64,000 bases of DNA, from assembly GCA_026129095.1 (NCBI GenBank), contig JAHCIT010000004.1, positions 186,001-250,000 of the forward strand, written 5' to 3'. The notes below the pieces were generated by a model. The model did not search any database. It was not told the DNA's origin and was given only the letters and a program-made list of their open reading frames with translations. Made by a program: the position numbers and the translations under genes. Below are positions 27,147-36,270 of the stretch, one piece after another. Numbering within the stretch: the stretch's first letter is position 1; each line of letters opens with the position of its first letter. The stretch comes from Deltaproteobacteria bacterium (GTDB lineage: Bacteria > JAGRBM01 > JAHCIT01).

Positions 27147-28238
27147 TCAGGCCGCCGCCTCGCTGACGTAGCGGCGCAGCCGTTCCTCGCCGGTGAACGC
27201 GAGCCAGGCTTCCTTGGTGGAGAAACGGGGCACGAAGCCGAGTTGCTCGCGTGCCTTGGCCGTGTCGGCCACGTTCAGGAACTGGAGGAACCGGAGATAG
27301 GCAGGCGGGATGCTGGTCACACCGCCCAGCCACAGGCTTGTCACGATCCCCCGTGCGGCGAAGGCGGGCAGCGCCATGTCGAACTTTCCGCCGATCTTGA
27401 GAATGGTGGAAAGCGGCAGCACGCCCCGCCCCGCGATGTTGAAGATACCCGACACTTCTGTCTTCTCCATCGCCAGCCGGAACGCCTCGATGGCGTCGTC
27501 CTCATGGAGGAACTGGATCAGCGGATCGTAGCCCATGATTGTCGGGACTGCGGAGCGCGACAGGAGGCGGGTTTCATACGTCCGGATGCGGGGCCCCAGG
27601 ATCGTGGCGAACCGGAGCACCGTCACCCGGGTATCCTGGTGGCGCCGCGCATGGCGGGCCAGCAGTTCCGCCACCTCGACCCGGTTCTGGAGATACGGGA
27701 AATCGACGATCTCCCTGAGCGGCATATCTTCGGTAAGGAAGTTCGGATGGCTCGAAGCGGCATCGTACACCTTGGCCGTCGAGGGAACGACGATCTGCTC
27801 CACCCGGCAGCGTGCACAGGCGTTCAGGATGTTCAGGGTGCCGATGACCTCGAGTTCGTGCAGGTCGGTGTTGTTGACCTTGGGCCAGTTGGTGAAGGCG
27901 CAGTGGATGACCCGGGTGACGCCTTCCTTCTCGAAGATGTCGGCGATGCGGGCGTCGCAGTTCGGCTCGGTGAGATCGGTCTTGTAGAAAACGGTCTTTC
28001 TAATGGCGAGGGCCGGCTTGCGAATGTCGATCACCACCACCTTTTCGCACTGTTCGGACGAGCGCAGCCAGTTGAGCGCGTTGGACCCGAGAAACCCGTC
28101 TGCGCCGGTGATCGCCACCACGGCCGGGCGCTTCCCCGCCTTCGGGAGCGGCGCTCCGCCAGAACCCTTCGATGCGCGTTTGGGCCGCGGCGCCTTCCGC
28201 GGCGGTTTGGCGGATGTCGTTTCCGGTGCGTCTGCCAC
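27147..28238 (-). CDS. NAD-dependent epimerase/dehydratase (extended SDR)
   Basis: ITGADGFLG, STAKVY, GYDPLIQFLHEDD, FNIAG; GTG start after AGGAGG. Confidence 0.85.
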   Translation of the reverse strand: MADAPETTSAKPPRKAPRPKRASKGSGGAPLPKAGKRPAVVAITGADGFLGSNALNWLRSSEQCEKVVVIDIRKPALAIRKTVFYKTDLTEPNCDARIADIFEKEGVTRVIHCAFTNWPKVNNTDLHELEVIGTLNILNACARCRVEQIVVPSTAKVYDAASSHPNFLTEDMPLREIVDFPYLQNRVEVAELLARHARRHQDTRVTVLRFATILGPRIRTYETRLLSRSAVPTIMGYDPLIQFLHEDDAIEAFRLAMEKTEVSGIFNIAGRGVLPLSTILKIGGKFDMALPAFAARGIVTSLWLGGVTSIPPAYLRFLQFLNVADTAKAREQLGFVPRFSTKEAWLAFTGEERLRRYVSEAAA

Positions 28239-28341
28239 AAATCCCTCCTGCGGCCAGCGGAAAACTATCCTACGCGACGGCGGCCGTGTCAATGCAGAAA
28301 CCGGAACTGCCGGGGCTTACCCCGGCAGCTCCGTACGTGAT

Positions 28342-28971
28342 ATGAACCGGTCCATGACCGATGATGCAGGCACCACATCCGCTGACCCGCTGACCCGGCT
28401 CGCCAGGGCCTGCGGCTTCCTGCTGCATCCGCTCGTCATCGGGACGCCGCCGGCGCTGTATGTCGGCATCCGCGAGTTCGGCGGATGGTCGGACATCACC
28501 CTGCGGCTCACCGTGCAGGTGACGTTCCTCGCCGTGCTCGCCCCGGCGGCCTACCTCGTCTACCTGTTCCGGTCGGGCCGGACCTCGGACGTCTTCATGT
28601 CGCTCCGTGAGGACCGCCGCTACATCTTCCCCATCGGCATGTTCAACCTCGTGCTGGTCTACATCACCTTCCGGTACCACGGGGCCACCGACCTTATCCA
28701 GAACGTGGTGCTCGCCGCCATGCTGGTGATGGCGGCCATGCACACCGGGACACTGTTCTCCAAGCCCAGCATGCACACCGCCGGAAACGCGGGGATATTC
28801 ACCGCCATTGCCATCTGCGAGACGACGGCCGTCATCCCGGCCGGAATCGCCCTCACGGCGCTCGTCATGTGGAGCCGGGTCCGCGACCGCCGCCACACGG
28901 TGCCGGAGGTTTTCCAGGGGCTGGCAATTGGAGTGGCTGGTTCGGCGGTCCCCCTGCTCCTGCTCCAGTAA
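28342..28971 (+). CDS. PAP2-like integral membrane protein
   Basis: About 6-7 TM segments; KPSMH and SRVRDRRHT (SRxxxxxH) motifs. Confidence 0.6.
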   Translation: MNRSMTDDAGTTSADPLTRLARACGFLLHPLVIGTPPALYVGIREFGGWSDITLRLTVQVTFLAVLAPAAYLVYLFRSGRTSDVFMSLREDRRYIFPIGMFNLVLVYITFRYHGATDLIQNVVLAAMLVMAAMHTGTLFSKPSMHTAGNAGIFTAIAICETTAVIPAGIALTALVMWSRVRDRRHTVPEVFQGLAIGVAGSAVPLLLLQ

Positions 28972-28984
28972 CAAGGCGAGGAAG

Positions 28985-29665
28985 ATGAACCCGCCGCTTC
29001 ACTGGATTGACATGGGGACCATCCCCTATGGCCGGTGCATCCGGATCCAGGACGAACTGGCCGGCCGCCGCAGTGAACTGGACAGCGACTACCTCCTGCT
29101 GGCGCAGCATCCCCCGACCTACTCGTTCAGCCCGCGTCTGAAGGAGAGTCCCGCCTGCTGGAGCGCGGAATACTGCCGGCGGCACGGCATCGAGCCGGTG
29201 CTGACCAGCCGTGGCGGTGACCCGTGGTACCATTCGCCGGGGCAGATCTCGGGTTATGCGGTTTTCGACATCACCCGGCAGAATCTATCCCCCCGCGCCT
29301 TCGTCGCCCTCATGCAGCGGGCACTGATGCTGGTCCTGAAGGATGCAGGGGTGGCGGTCTTTACCCGCCCGGCGGCGGCGGGCCTGTGGGTGGACGGCCG
29401 CCAGATCGCCGGTACCGGTGTGCATCTTTCCCGCGGCGTGAGCCGTCACGGTTTCTTCCTGAACGTCGCGCCCGATCTCTCGCCCGTGGAGTTTGCCACG
29501 GCGGATGCCGTCCCCGGTCCCGCCGCGCCCGTCACCAGCCTTGAGAAACTCGGCGTGACCATGATGGCGGAAGCCATTATCCCGAAAATCGCCGCCGCCT
29601 TCGGCGTGGTCTTCCACCAGCAGGTCCGCCGGGCTGACAACCTGCCGCCCGGCCTCACGCCGTGA
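28985..29665 (+). CDS. lipB: LipB (octanoyltransferase)-like protein with degenerate catalytic residues
   Basis: QHPPTY, RGGDPWYHSPGQ, HGFFLNV, VTSL. The expected KI(A/C) reads QIA and the PCG motif is absent. Confidence 0.7.
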   Translation: MNPPLHWIDMGTIPYGRCIRIQDELAGRRSELDSDYLLLAQHPPTYSFSPRLKESPACWSAEYCRRHGIEPVLTSRGGDPWYHSPGQISGYAVFDITRQNLSPRAFVALMQRALMLVLKDAGVAVFTRPAAAGLWVDGRQIAGTGVHLSRGVSRHGFFLNVAPDLSPVEFATADAVPGPAAPVTSLEKLGVTMMAEAIIPKIAAAFGVVFHQQVRRADNLPPGLTP

Positions 29666-30257
29666 GTTCGGCCACCCGGCGTTTCAGCGCGGGCACGACT
29701 TCCCTTTCAAACCACGGGTGCCGCCGGAACCACATGAGGTTGCGGGGCGAGGGGTGCGGAAGCGGCAGGTAACGGGGTCCGTAATCCCGCCAGCGGCGGA
29801 CCGTCTCGGCAAGGGTCTTCTTCCGGCTGCTCCCGAGATAGTGGGCCTGGGCGTACTGTCCGATGAGCAGCGTCAGCTCGACCTTCGGCAGTTTTGCGAG
29901 CAGTTTCGGCAGCCACACCTCGGCGCACTCCGGCCGGGGCGGCAGGTCGCCACGCTCCCCCTTGCCGGGGTAGCAGTAGCCCATCGGGATGATGGCGATG
30001 CGCCGCTCGTCATAGAACCGCTCACGGCCGATTCCCATCCAGTCGCGAAGCCGCTCGCCGCTCGGATCGTTCCAGGGGATGCCGGTGGCATGGACCTTCG
30101 TGCCCGGCGCCTGTCCCACGATGAGGAGACGCGCCGTCTCCGACGCCCTCAAGACCGGGTTCGGACCCAGCGGGAGCATATCCTCGCACAGGCGGCAGGC
30201 CCGGACCTCGGCCAGCAGCGAAGCGAGCGAATCAGGCGCGGCGGCCCGGCGCGGCAT
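29655..30257 (-). CDS. Uracil-DNA glycosylase superfamily protein
   Basis: CRLC, GQAPG, WNDPSGERLR, GDLPPRPEC, LPHPSPRN. Confidence 0.9.
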   Translation of the reverse strand: MPRRAAAPDSLASLLAEVRACRLCEDMLPLGPNPVLRASETARLLIVGQAPGTKVHATGIPWNDPSGERLRDWMGIGRERFYDERRIAIIPMGYCYPGKGERGDLPPRPECAEVWLPKLLAKLPKVELTLLIGQYAQAHYLGSSRKKTLAETVRRWRDYGPRYLPLPHPSPRNLMWFRRHPWFEREVVPALKRRVAELTA

Positions 30258-30325
30258 TGGTTCCCTCCCTGCCGGTATGATATCCGACTGGCCATTCAGC
30301 CCGGAAGGCGGGAGGCGGCCTCAGC

Positions 30326-31069
30326 ATGGACTTTTCAACCATCGGAATCGTTGGTGGCGGCGTCATGGGTACCGGTATCGCCCAGGTGGCGGCCCTTGCG
30401 GGGTTCAGCGTTTTCGTGAAGGAGGTCGAGGAGAAGTTCCTCGAAAAATCGCAACTCGACCTGTCCACAGGCCGCTACGGGCTCGAACGGGCGGTGGACC
30501 GCGGGCGGGTGACGCCAGAGGACGCCAGGGCGGCCCTCAAGCGGGTGTCGTTCACGCTCGATCTTCCGGACCTTAAGGGGGCCGATCTCGTCATCGAGGC
30601 GGTGCCCGAGAACAAGCCACTCAAGGAAAAGGTACTGGCCGAACTGGACCGCACGCTGAAGCCGGAGGCGGTCATCGCCACCAACACGAGCGGTTTTTCC
30701 GTCACAGAACTGGCCCGGTCGGTGAAACGGCCCGGCCAGTTCCTGGGGCTTCATTTCTTCTCGCCTGTTCCGGTGATGCGAGTCGTGGAGATCATCCATC
30801 ACCCGGAAACCTCGCCCGCAGCGATCGAAAGCTGCGAGGCGTTCGTCAGGAAGATTGGCAAGGAGTCGATCCGCGTGAAGGACGCCCCCGGCAAGTACGG
30901 CTTCGCCGCCAACCGCATCTACTTCGCCATGATCCAGGAGGCGCAGAAGGTCGTGGCGGAGGGGCTCGCCACTCCCGCCGACATCGACAAGGTGATGACG
31001 CTCGGATTCAACTGGCCGGTCGGACCGTTCGGCATGGTCCAGGGCGCCCGCGGCGGCTGGAAGAAGTAA
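30326..31069 (+). CDS. 3-hydroxyacyl-CoA dehydrogenase family (short C-terminal domain)
   Basis: GGGVMGTGIA, IEAVPE, ATNTS, GLHFFSPVPVM, GFAANR. Confidence 0.88.
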   Translation: MDFSTIGIVGGGVMGTGIAQVAALAGFSVFVKEVEEKFLEKSQLDLSTGRYGLERAVDRGRVTPEDARAALKRVSFTLDLPDLKGADLVIEAVPENKPLKEKVLAELDRTLKPEAVIATNTSGFSVTELARSVKRPGQFLGLHFFSPVPVMRVVEIIHHPETSPAAIESCEAFVRKIGKESIRVKDAPGKYGFAANRIYFAMIQEAQKVVAEGLATPADIDKVMTLGFNWPVGPFGMVQGARGGWKK

Positions 31070-31072
31070 AAA

Positions 31073-32080
31073 CTACTCCTTCAGCTCCTCCGGCGTCACG
31101 TCGAGGTCCACCAGGGCATCGCCCCGGATGATCTTGAGCGGAACGCGGCGGCCGATGGAGCTTTCGTCCAGGTAGTTCAGGATGTCGTCCGGCCCTTCCA
31201 CGCGCCGGGGGCCGATGGAGACGATCCGGTCGCCGGCGCGAAGCCCAGCGCGGCTCGCCGGACCGCCGCCGGCGAGCGACTTGACCACCATCGCCTTCTC
31301 CTGCGCCACCTGGAGCCTGCGGCGTTCCGGCTCGGCAAGCCTCACCCGCGAGCCGCCGAGGCCGAGCCACCCGCGCCGGATATGCCCCTTGGAGAGCAGC
31401 GTCGCCGCCGTGCGCCGGGCCGTGTCCGACGGGATGGCGAAGCACAGCCCCTGGGCGAGCCAGATGATCGCCGTGTTGATTCCCACCACCCGGCCCCGCG
31501 TGTCCACCAGCGGCCCGCCGGAGTTGCCGGGGTTCAGGGCGGCATCGGTCTGGATGACATTCTCGATGGGCCTTCCCGACCGGGCCCGGAGCGTACGTCC
31601 CAGCGCCGAGACGACGCCCGCCGTCACCGTGCATTCGAAGCCGTACGGGTTTCCCACCGCGACCACCGCCTGCCCCACGCGCAGTTCGTTCGAATCGCCC
31701 AGTTCGGCATGGGGAAACTTCCAGCCGTACAGCTTGAGCACGGCGAGGTCCGAGTGCGGGTCGGCGCCGATCTTCTGCACGTCATGGGCGGAGCCGTCGT
31801 TCATCACGGCACGGATCTTCCCCGCGCCCTCCACCACATGATGGTTGGTGAGGATGTAGCCGTCGGGCGTGAAGATGACGCCCGACCCCGACCCCCGCGC
31901 CTCCGGCCAGCGGCGGGGGCGGAACATCCGGGGCCGGGGGACGAGGGCCTTGGCGACCTCGATCTTCACCACGGCCGGGGAGACCTGTTCGGCCACCCGC
32001 ATGACCGCGTGGCTATAGGCGTCCAGCGCCTCGGCACCGGGGATCGGTTCGTTCTGTGCGGGGGCGTCGCCGGTGGCCAT
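31073..32080 (-). CDS. HtrA-family serine protease with one PDZ domain, no signal peptide
   Basis: GSGVI, TNHHV, DLAVL, QTDAALNPGNSGGPL. Confidence 0.92.
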   Translation of the reverse strand: MATGDAPAQNEPIPGAEALDAYSHAVMRVAEQVSPAVVKIEVAKALVPRPRMFRPRRWPEARGSGSGVIFTPDGYILTNHHVVEGAGKIRAVMNDGSAHDVQKIGADPHSDLAVLKLYGWKFPHAELGDSNELRVGQAVVAVGNPYGFECTVTAGVVSALGRTLRARSGRPIENVIQTDAALNPGNSGGPLVDTRGRVVGINTAIIWLAQGLCFAIPSDTARRTAATLLSKGHIRRGWLGLGGSRVRLAEPERRRLQVAQEKAMVVKSLAGGGPASRAGLRAGDRIVSIGPRRVEGPDDILNYLDESSIGRRVPLKIIRGDALVDLDVTPEELKE

Positions 32081-32286
32081 ATGAAAACTCTCCGTTCGTC
32101 TTTTTCGTGCGTTTCCCATGAGCGCGGCAGGGGCCGGCAAGGCGGCCCCTGCGAAGATCACCCATCTAGTGATGAATCCGGAACTGGCAAGGTTGAGCCT
32201 GACTACGGGAGCGGCTACTCATGCAACGTACTGAAACCGTAAAGGAATCCGGCCCCTTCGGGGCAACCGGCAGCGGCTTAAAACCC

Positions 32287-33771
32287 ATGGCTCTCGACCA
32301 GATCGACGAGATCAAGACGCTCCTTCTCTCCCGCTACCCCATCCTGGTGCTGGACAGCCGGAGCCGCGACCGCGGCGAGCACATTCTCGGCCGGGCGGCG
32401 CGGGCCGCCAACATCCGGATGCTCTCCTGGGATCCGGTGGACGGGCTCCGGGGGGCCGACGGCCAGTTCGCCTACGAGGGCAAGCTGGAGCTGGTTGATG
32501 CGCTTAAGTTCATCGAGAACATCCCCATCCGCACGGTTTATGACTTCCGGCAGCTCGAGCATTTCATGGACGACCCGAAGGTGATCGAGATGCTCCAGCG
32601 CGTCGCCCGCCACTTCCACAAGATCGGCAGCACGCTCACGGTCATCGGAAACGGCGTGAAGATCCCGCCCTCGCTCCAGGCAAAGGCCGCCCAGGTGGAC
32701 CTGAAGCCGCCCTCGATCGCCGAAATACAGCAGACGATCCAGTCCACGCTCATTGCCCTCAAGCGCGAGCACACCTTCACGTTCGAGCTCACCAAGCCCC
32801 AGTACGCCGAACTGGCCCGCCGGTTCCAGGGCCTCACGCTCGCCGAGATAGAACGCATCCTCACCAAGCTGGTTCTGGAGGACAGCAGGCTGGACACGAG
32901 CGACCTGAAGAAACTGCTCGACGAGAAACGGCGGATCTTCGAGGACGACGGCGTGGTGGAGTTCGTGGATACCCACGCAGGGCCGCTGAAGCTCGGCGGG
33001 ATGCAGAACCTCAAGGGCTGGCTCGCCCGGCGGCGCGCCGCGCTCACCGCCCGCGAGGCCGAGGCGTTCGGCCTCACGCCGCCCAAGGGGCTCCTGCTGA
33101 CCGGCGTGCAGGGGTGCGGCAAGTCGCTGGCGGCGCGGGTGATCGCCCATGAGTGGAATCTCCCGCTGCTCAAGCTCGACCTCGGCCGGATCCGCGACAA
33201 GTACGTGGGCGAGACGGAAAAAAACCTCCGCCGGGCGATTGAGATCGCAGAGCACACCGCGCCGTGCGTCCTGTGGCTGGACGAAATCGAGAAGGGAATC
33301 CAGCAGGACGAGATGGACGGCGGGCTCTCGAAGCGGCTGCTCGCCTACCTGCTCACCTGGATGCAGGAGCGCAAGTCGCGGGTCTTCCTCGTGGCGACCT
33401 CCAATGACATCGAGGGGCTGCCGCCGGAACTGCTCAGGAAGGGCCGCTTCGACGAGATCTTCTTCATTGACCTGCCCACGCCCGGCGAGCGGCGGGAAAT
33501 CCTCACGCTGCACCTGGAAAGCCGGGGCCGGTCCGTAGCCGATTTCGACATGGACCGGCTGGTGGAGGCGAGCGACGGCTGCTCCGGCGCGGAGATCGAG
33601 CAGGGGATCGTGGGCGCCCTCTACCGGGCGTTCGATTCGCCGGAGAAGAAGCTCACCACCCCGCACATCGTCGAGGAGTTCCGGTCCACCCAGCCCCTGT
33701 CGGTGGTCATGTACGAGAAGGTGGACGCCCTGCGCCGCTGGGCCGAAAGCAGAACGGTCAGGGCGAGCTAG
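32287..33771 (+). CDS. AAA+ ATPase, Ycf46-like (start may be 32221)
   Basis: Degenerate N-terminal AAA; GVQGCGKS, LWLDEIEK, PPELLRKGRFDEIFF. Confidence 0.88.
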   Translation: MALDQIDEIKTLLLSRYPILVLDSRSRDRGEHILGRAARAANIRMLSWDPVDGLRGADGQFAYEGKLELVDALKFIENIPIRTVYDFRQLEHFMDDPKVIEMLQRVARHFHKIGSTLTVIGNGVKIPPSLQAKAAQVDLKPPSIAEIQQTIQSTLIALKREHTFTFELTKPQYAELARRFQGLTLAEIERILTKLVLEDSRLDTSDLKKLLDEKRRIFEDDGVVEFVDTHAGPLKLGGMQNLKGWLARRRAALTAREAEAFGLTPPKGLLLTGVQGCGKSLAARVIAHEWNLPLLKLDLGRIRDKYVGETEKNLRRAIEIAEHTAPCVLWLDEIEKGIQQDEMDGGLSKRLLAYLLTWMQERKSRVFLVATSNDIEGLPPELLRKGRFDEIFFIDLPTPGERREILTLHLESRGRSVADFDMDRLVEASDGCSGAEIEQGIVGALYRAFDSPEKKLTTPHIVEEFRSTQPLSVVMYEKVDALRRWAESRTVRAS

Positions 33772-34732
33772 TTCCTGCTTCCCCGCCCCTCGCAATCATC
33801 TCCTCCAGCCAGCGGACGGCCATGTCGGCGGTCTGCTGGAGGCTCACGGGCGAGCAGTTCTCCTTCGTGTCGGTGCGCTTGTGCCAGTGGGGATAGTCGA
33901 GGTCTATGACGAGCGCCGAGGGGATGCCGCGTGCCATGAGCGCCAGGTGGTCGTCGAAGATCATGCGGCCGGGTTCGGGGCGGAACACCGCCCGGTCGCC
34001 ATGCCGGAACAGTTCCTCGTAAAGCCACGGGTAGCCGCGGAAGGAGAGATCCTCGGCCCGGACCAGGTAGTCGCGGTCGGCCACCATGTCGAACACCACG
34101 GCGGCGCGGTAGCAGGCGACCTCCCCGGCGGCGAGTTCCGAGGCGAACCGCTTGGAGCCGGTGAAGTAGAGGTCGGTGCCCTTCACGCCCTCCTCGGCAT
34201 CGAACATCACGATCTCGATGCCGAAGGGAAGCTCCGTCCGTGCCTGCATCCGCCGGGCGATGTCGAGCAGGACGGCGACGCCGCTCGTCCCGTCGTTGAA
34301 GCCCGGCACCGGCAGCCCGGCGAGCACGGGATCAATCTCCTCGTCCGCCACGGCGCGGGTATCCCAGTGGGTGCCCAGCAGGATCGTCTGCTGGCATGTG
34401 GGGCCGCGCCGGGCGACGAGGTTCGCCAGTTCCATGCCGCCCCAGTGCGGGGTCGAGTCCGGCAGCCGGAAGCGTTTCAGTTCCGCCTCGAAACCGTAGC
34501 CCCGGAGGCGTGCGGCGATCTGCTCCAGCGCGGCGAGCCGTTCAGGGTGTCCCACGTGGCGCGGCGGGAGCGCGTCCACCCAGAGTGCCTCCTGCCAGGC
34601 AGTGTGCTCCGGGCGGGGTTCATGCCGGCCGCCGGAACCGTCCACGGGCTTGCCGCAGCTTCCAAAACCGGCGACGAGCAGGCAGCCCGCCAGCAGGCAG
34701 CCGCGGTCCAGGGACGGAAACCGCCGGACCAT
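33758..34732 (-). CDS. M28-family metallopeptidase / glutaminyl-cyclase-like lipoprotein
   Basis: FGSC lipobox-like sequence, HWDTR, NDGTSG, FDAEE, DMV, DDH, HWH. Confidence 0.85.
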   Translation of the reverse strand: MVRRFPSLDRGCLLAGCLLVAGFGSCGKPVDGSGGRHEPRPEHTAWQEALWVDALPPRHVGHPERLAALEQIAARLRGYGFEAELKRFRLPDSTPHWGGMELANLVARRGPTCQQTILLGTHWDTRAVADEEIDPVLAGLPVPGFNDGTSGVAVLLDIARRMQARTELPFGIEIVMFDAEEGVKGTDLYFTGSKRFASELAAGEVACYRAAVVFDMVADRDYLVRAEDLSFRGYPWLYEELFRHGDRAVFRPEPGRMIFDDHLALMARGIPSALVIDLDYPHWHKRTDTKENCSPVSLQQTADMAVRWLEEMIARGGEAGTSSP

Positions 34733-36270
34733 CAGAAACTCCTCTTCAGCATCAGCGCCGCCAGCGCGTCCACCGGCGCATGGTCGTCGGTGAAGGCCGG
34801 GTAACTGGCCATCCATTTCACTTCCATCCGCTGAAACGGGTGGAACCGTTCATCCCGGTCCATCGGCACCGCCTCATTCGATGCCAGCAGCATGAGGTTC
34901 TGCGGAATCCGGCCGTCGTAGTACCGCGTGGCGAACACGCGGACATGGGGGAATGCCTCGCGCAGGGCCGAGATCATCCCGCCGGGGAGGCGCGATCCGT
35001 CGCCCTCCTTCGCCCCGATGACGTTGATGAGGAGCCGCCCCTCAGGCGTCAGGCGGCTCCGGATCAGGCGGAAGTATTCCACCGTCGAAAGGTGCGGCGG
35101 AATGCGGTTCACCCCCTGGTAGGTGTCGGCGAAGATGGCGTCGTAACGGCTGGTGTCCTGGATGAGGAACCGGCGGGCGTCCCCCGTTGCGCGGACAAGA
35201 TGGGGGATGTCGTCCGCCCCGAAATACCGGGAGGCCACCCGGTGCAGGGCGGGATCAATGTCAACGACCGTGAACCCGGCATCCGGGTAACGCTCGGCGA
35301 GGAAGCCGGGCAGCGAGTAGGCCCCCGCGCCAAGGAACAGCAGCTTCCGGGGCGGCCGGGCACTGTCCAGCATGAGCGGCCAGTATTTGAGGTATTCAAA
35401 GGCGAGTTCGCCGGTCTCCATGTCGCGCCCGCCCTCGTAAGTCGAGTTGAGGCGGAGGTAGCGCACCGTGCCTTCTTCGGTGACGTCGATCCGGTGGTAG
35501 AAGCTGTGCTCGCGGTGGATGACGCCGTTCTCCGGCCGGGGCTCCGGCCACGCGCCCGCGCCCAGGGCCGCGAGAGCGAGCACAATCCCCGCCGCTTTCG
35601 TTCTTCCTGGAATCCGGCAGAACAGAAGCCCGGCAGTCCCGGTCAGCACGGGAATCGCCGCCGCCACCCAGAAGGTGCTGCGGATTCCCAGCGCGGGAAC
35701 GAGCAGCCAGCCGCCACCCACGGCTCCGGCGATGGAACCCAGAGTGGATGCACTGCCGACGAAACCGGCGCGGCGTCCCAGCGTGGAGCCGGTGGAAAAG
35801 ACGAGCCGCACGGCAAATGGCCAGCTCATCGACAGGACGAGGCACGGCGGCGCGAACAGGATCAGGCAGGCGTAGACGGTCCCCCCCACGGGTGACATGC
35901 GGGCGAGGTCCTCGCCGGTCACGGCGCCCGAAAGCGGCGGAATAAGCGCCGTGAGCGCCCCGCCCGCGAGGATCACCAGGAAAAATGTCTGCGCGTCCGG
36001 CCGCCGGTCGGCAAGCCAGCCGCCCGCCACGTAACCCGCGGCCATCGCGCCCAGGACCACGGCGATGGTCGTGGACCAGGTGTAGAGCGAATCGCCGAGC
36101 CACGGGGCAAGGAGTTTGGGCCCCGCGATCTCGACGGCGAGCACCGAAAAGCCGGTGAGAAAAGTGCAGAGCGCGAGCACCGGGACCGGCAGTCCGGCGC
36201 GGCCGTCTTCGCCGGCGAACTCCTCCGGTTCCGGCGGGGACTCCGGACCGCGTTTCCGCCGGGGACTCAC
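34732..36270 (-). CDS. Fused membrane (MFS-like) / spermidine-synthase-like methyltransferase
   Basis: About 7 TM segments (EIAG...LGDSLYTW) followed by LFLGAGAY, VDIDP, GDAR, IFADTY. Confidence 0.88.
   Translation of the reverse strand: MSPRRKRGPESPPEPEEFAGEDGRAGLPVPVLALCTFLTGFSVLAVEIAGPKLLAPWLGDSLYTWSTTIAVVLGAMAAGYVAGGWLADRRPDAQTFFLVILAGGALTALIPPLSGAVTGEDLARMSPVGGTVYACLILFAPPCLVLSMSWPFAVRLVFSTGSTLGRRAGFVGSASTLGSIAGAVGGGWLLVPALGIRSTFWVAAAIPVLTGTAGLLFCRIPGRTKAAGIVLALAALGAGAWPEPRPENGVIHREHSFYHRIDVTEEGTVRYLRLNSTYEGGRDMETGELAFEYLKYWPLMLDSARPPRKLLFLGAGAYSLPGFLAERYPDAGFTVVDIDPALHRVASRYFGADDIPHLVRATGDARRFLIQDTSRYDAIFADTYQGVNRIPPHLSTVEYFRLIRSRLTPEGRLLINVIGAKEGDGSRLPGGMISALREAFPHVRVFATRYYDGRIPQNLMLLASNEAVPMDRDERFHPFQRMEVKWMASYPAFTDDHAPVDALAALMLKRSF

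Noticed and set aside
26112-28340. 742-aa plus-strand ORF, and similar long ORFs such as 5921-7582, 6135-8141, 11100-12707, 13961-15796 and 32278-33795
   Set aside because: Antisense or off-frame shadows of well-supported genes. They are Arg/Pro/Gly-rich with no motifs, as expected in high-GC DNA.
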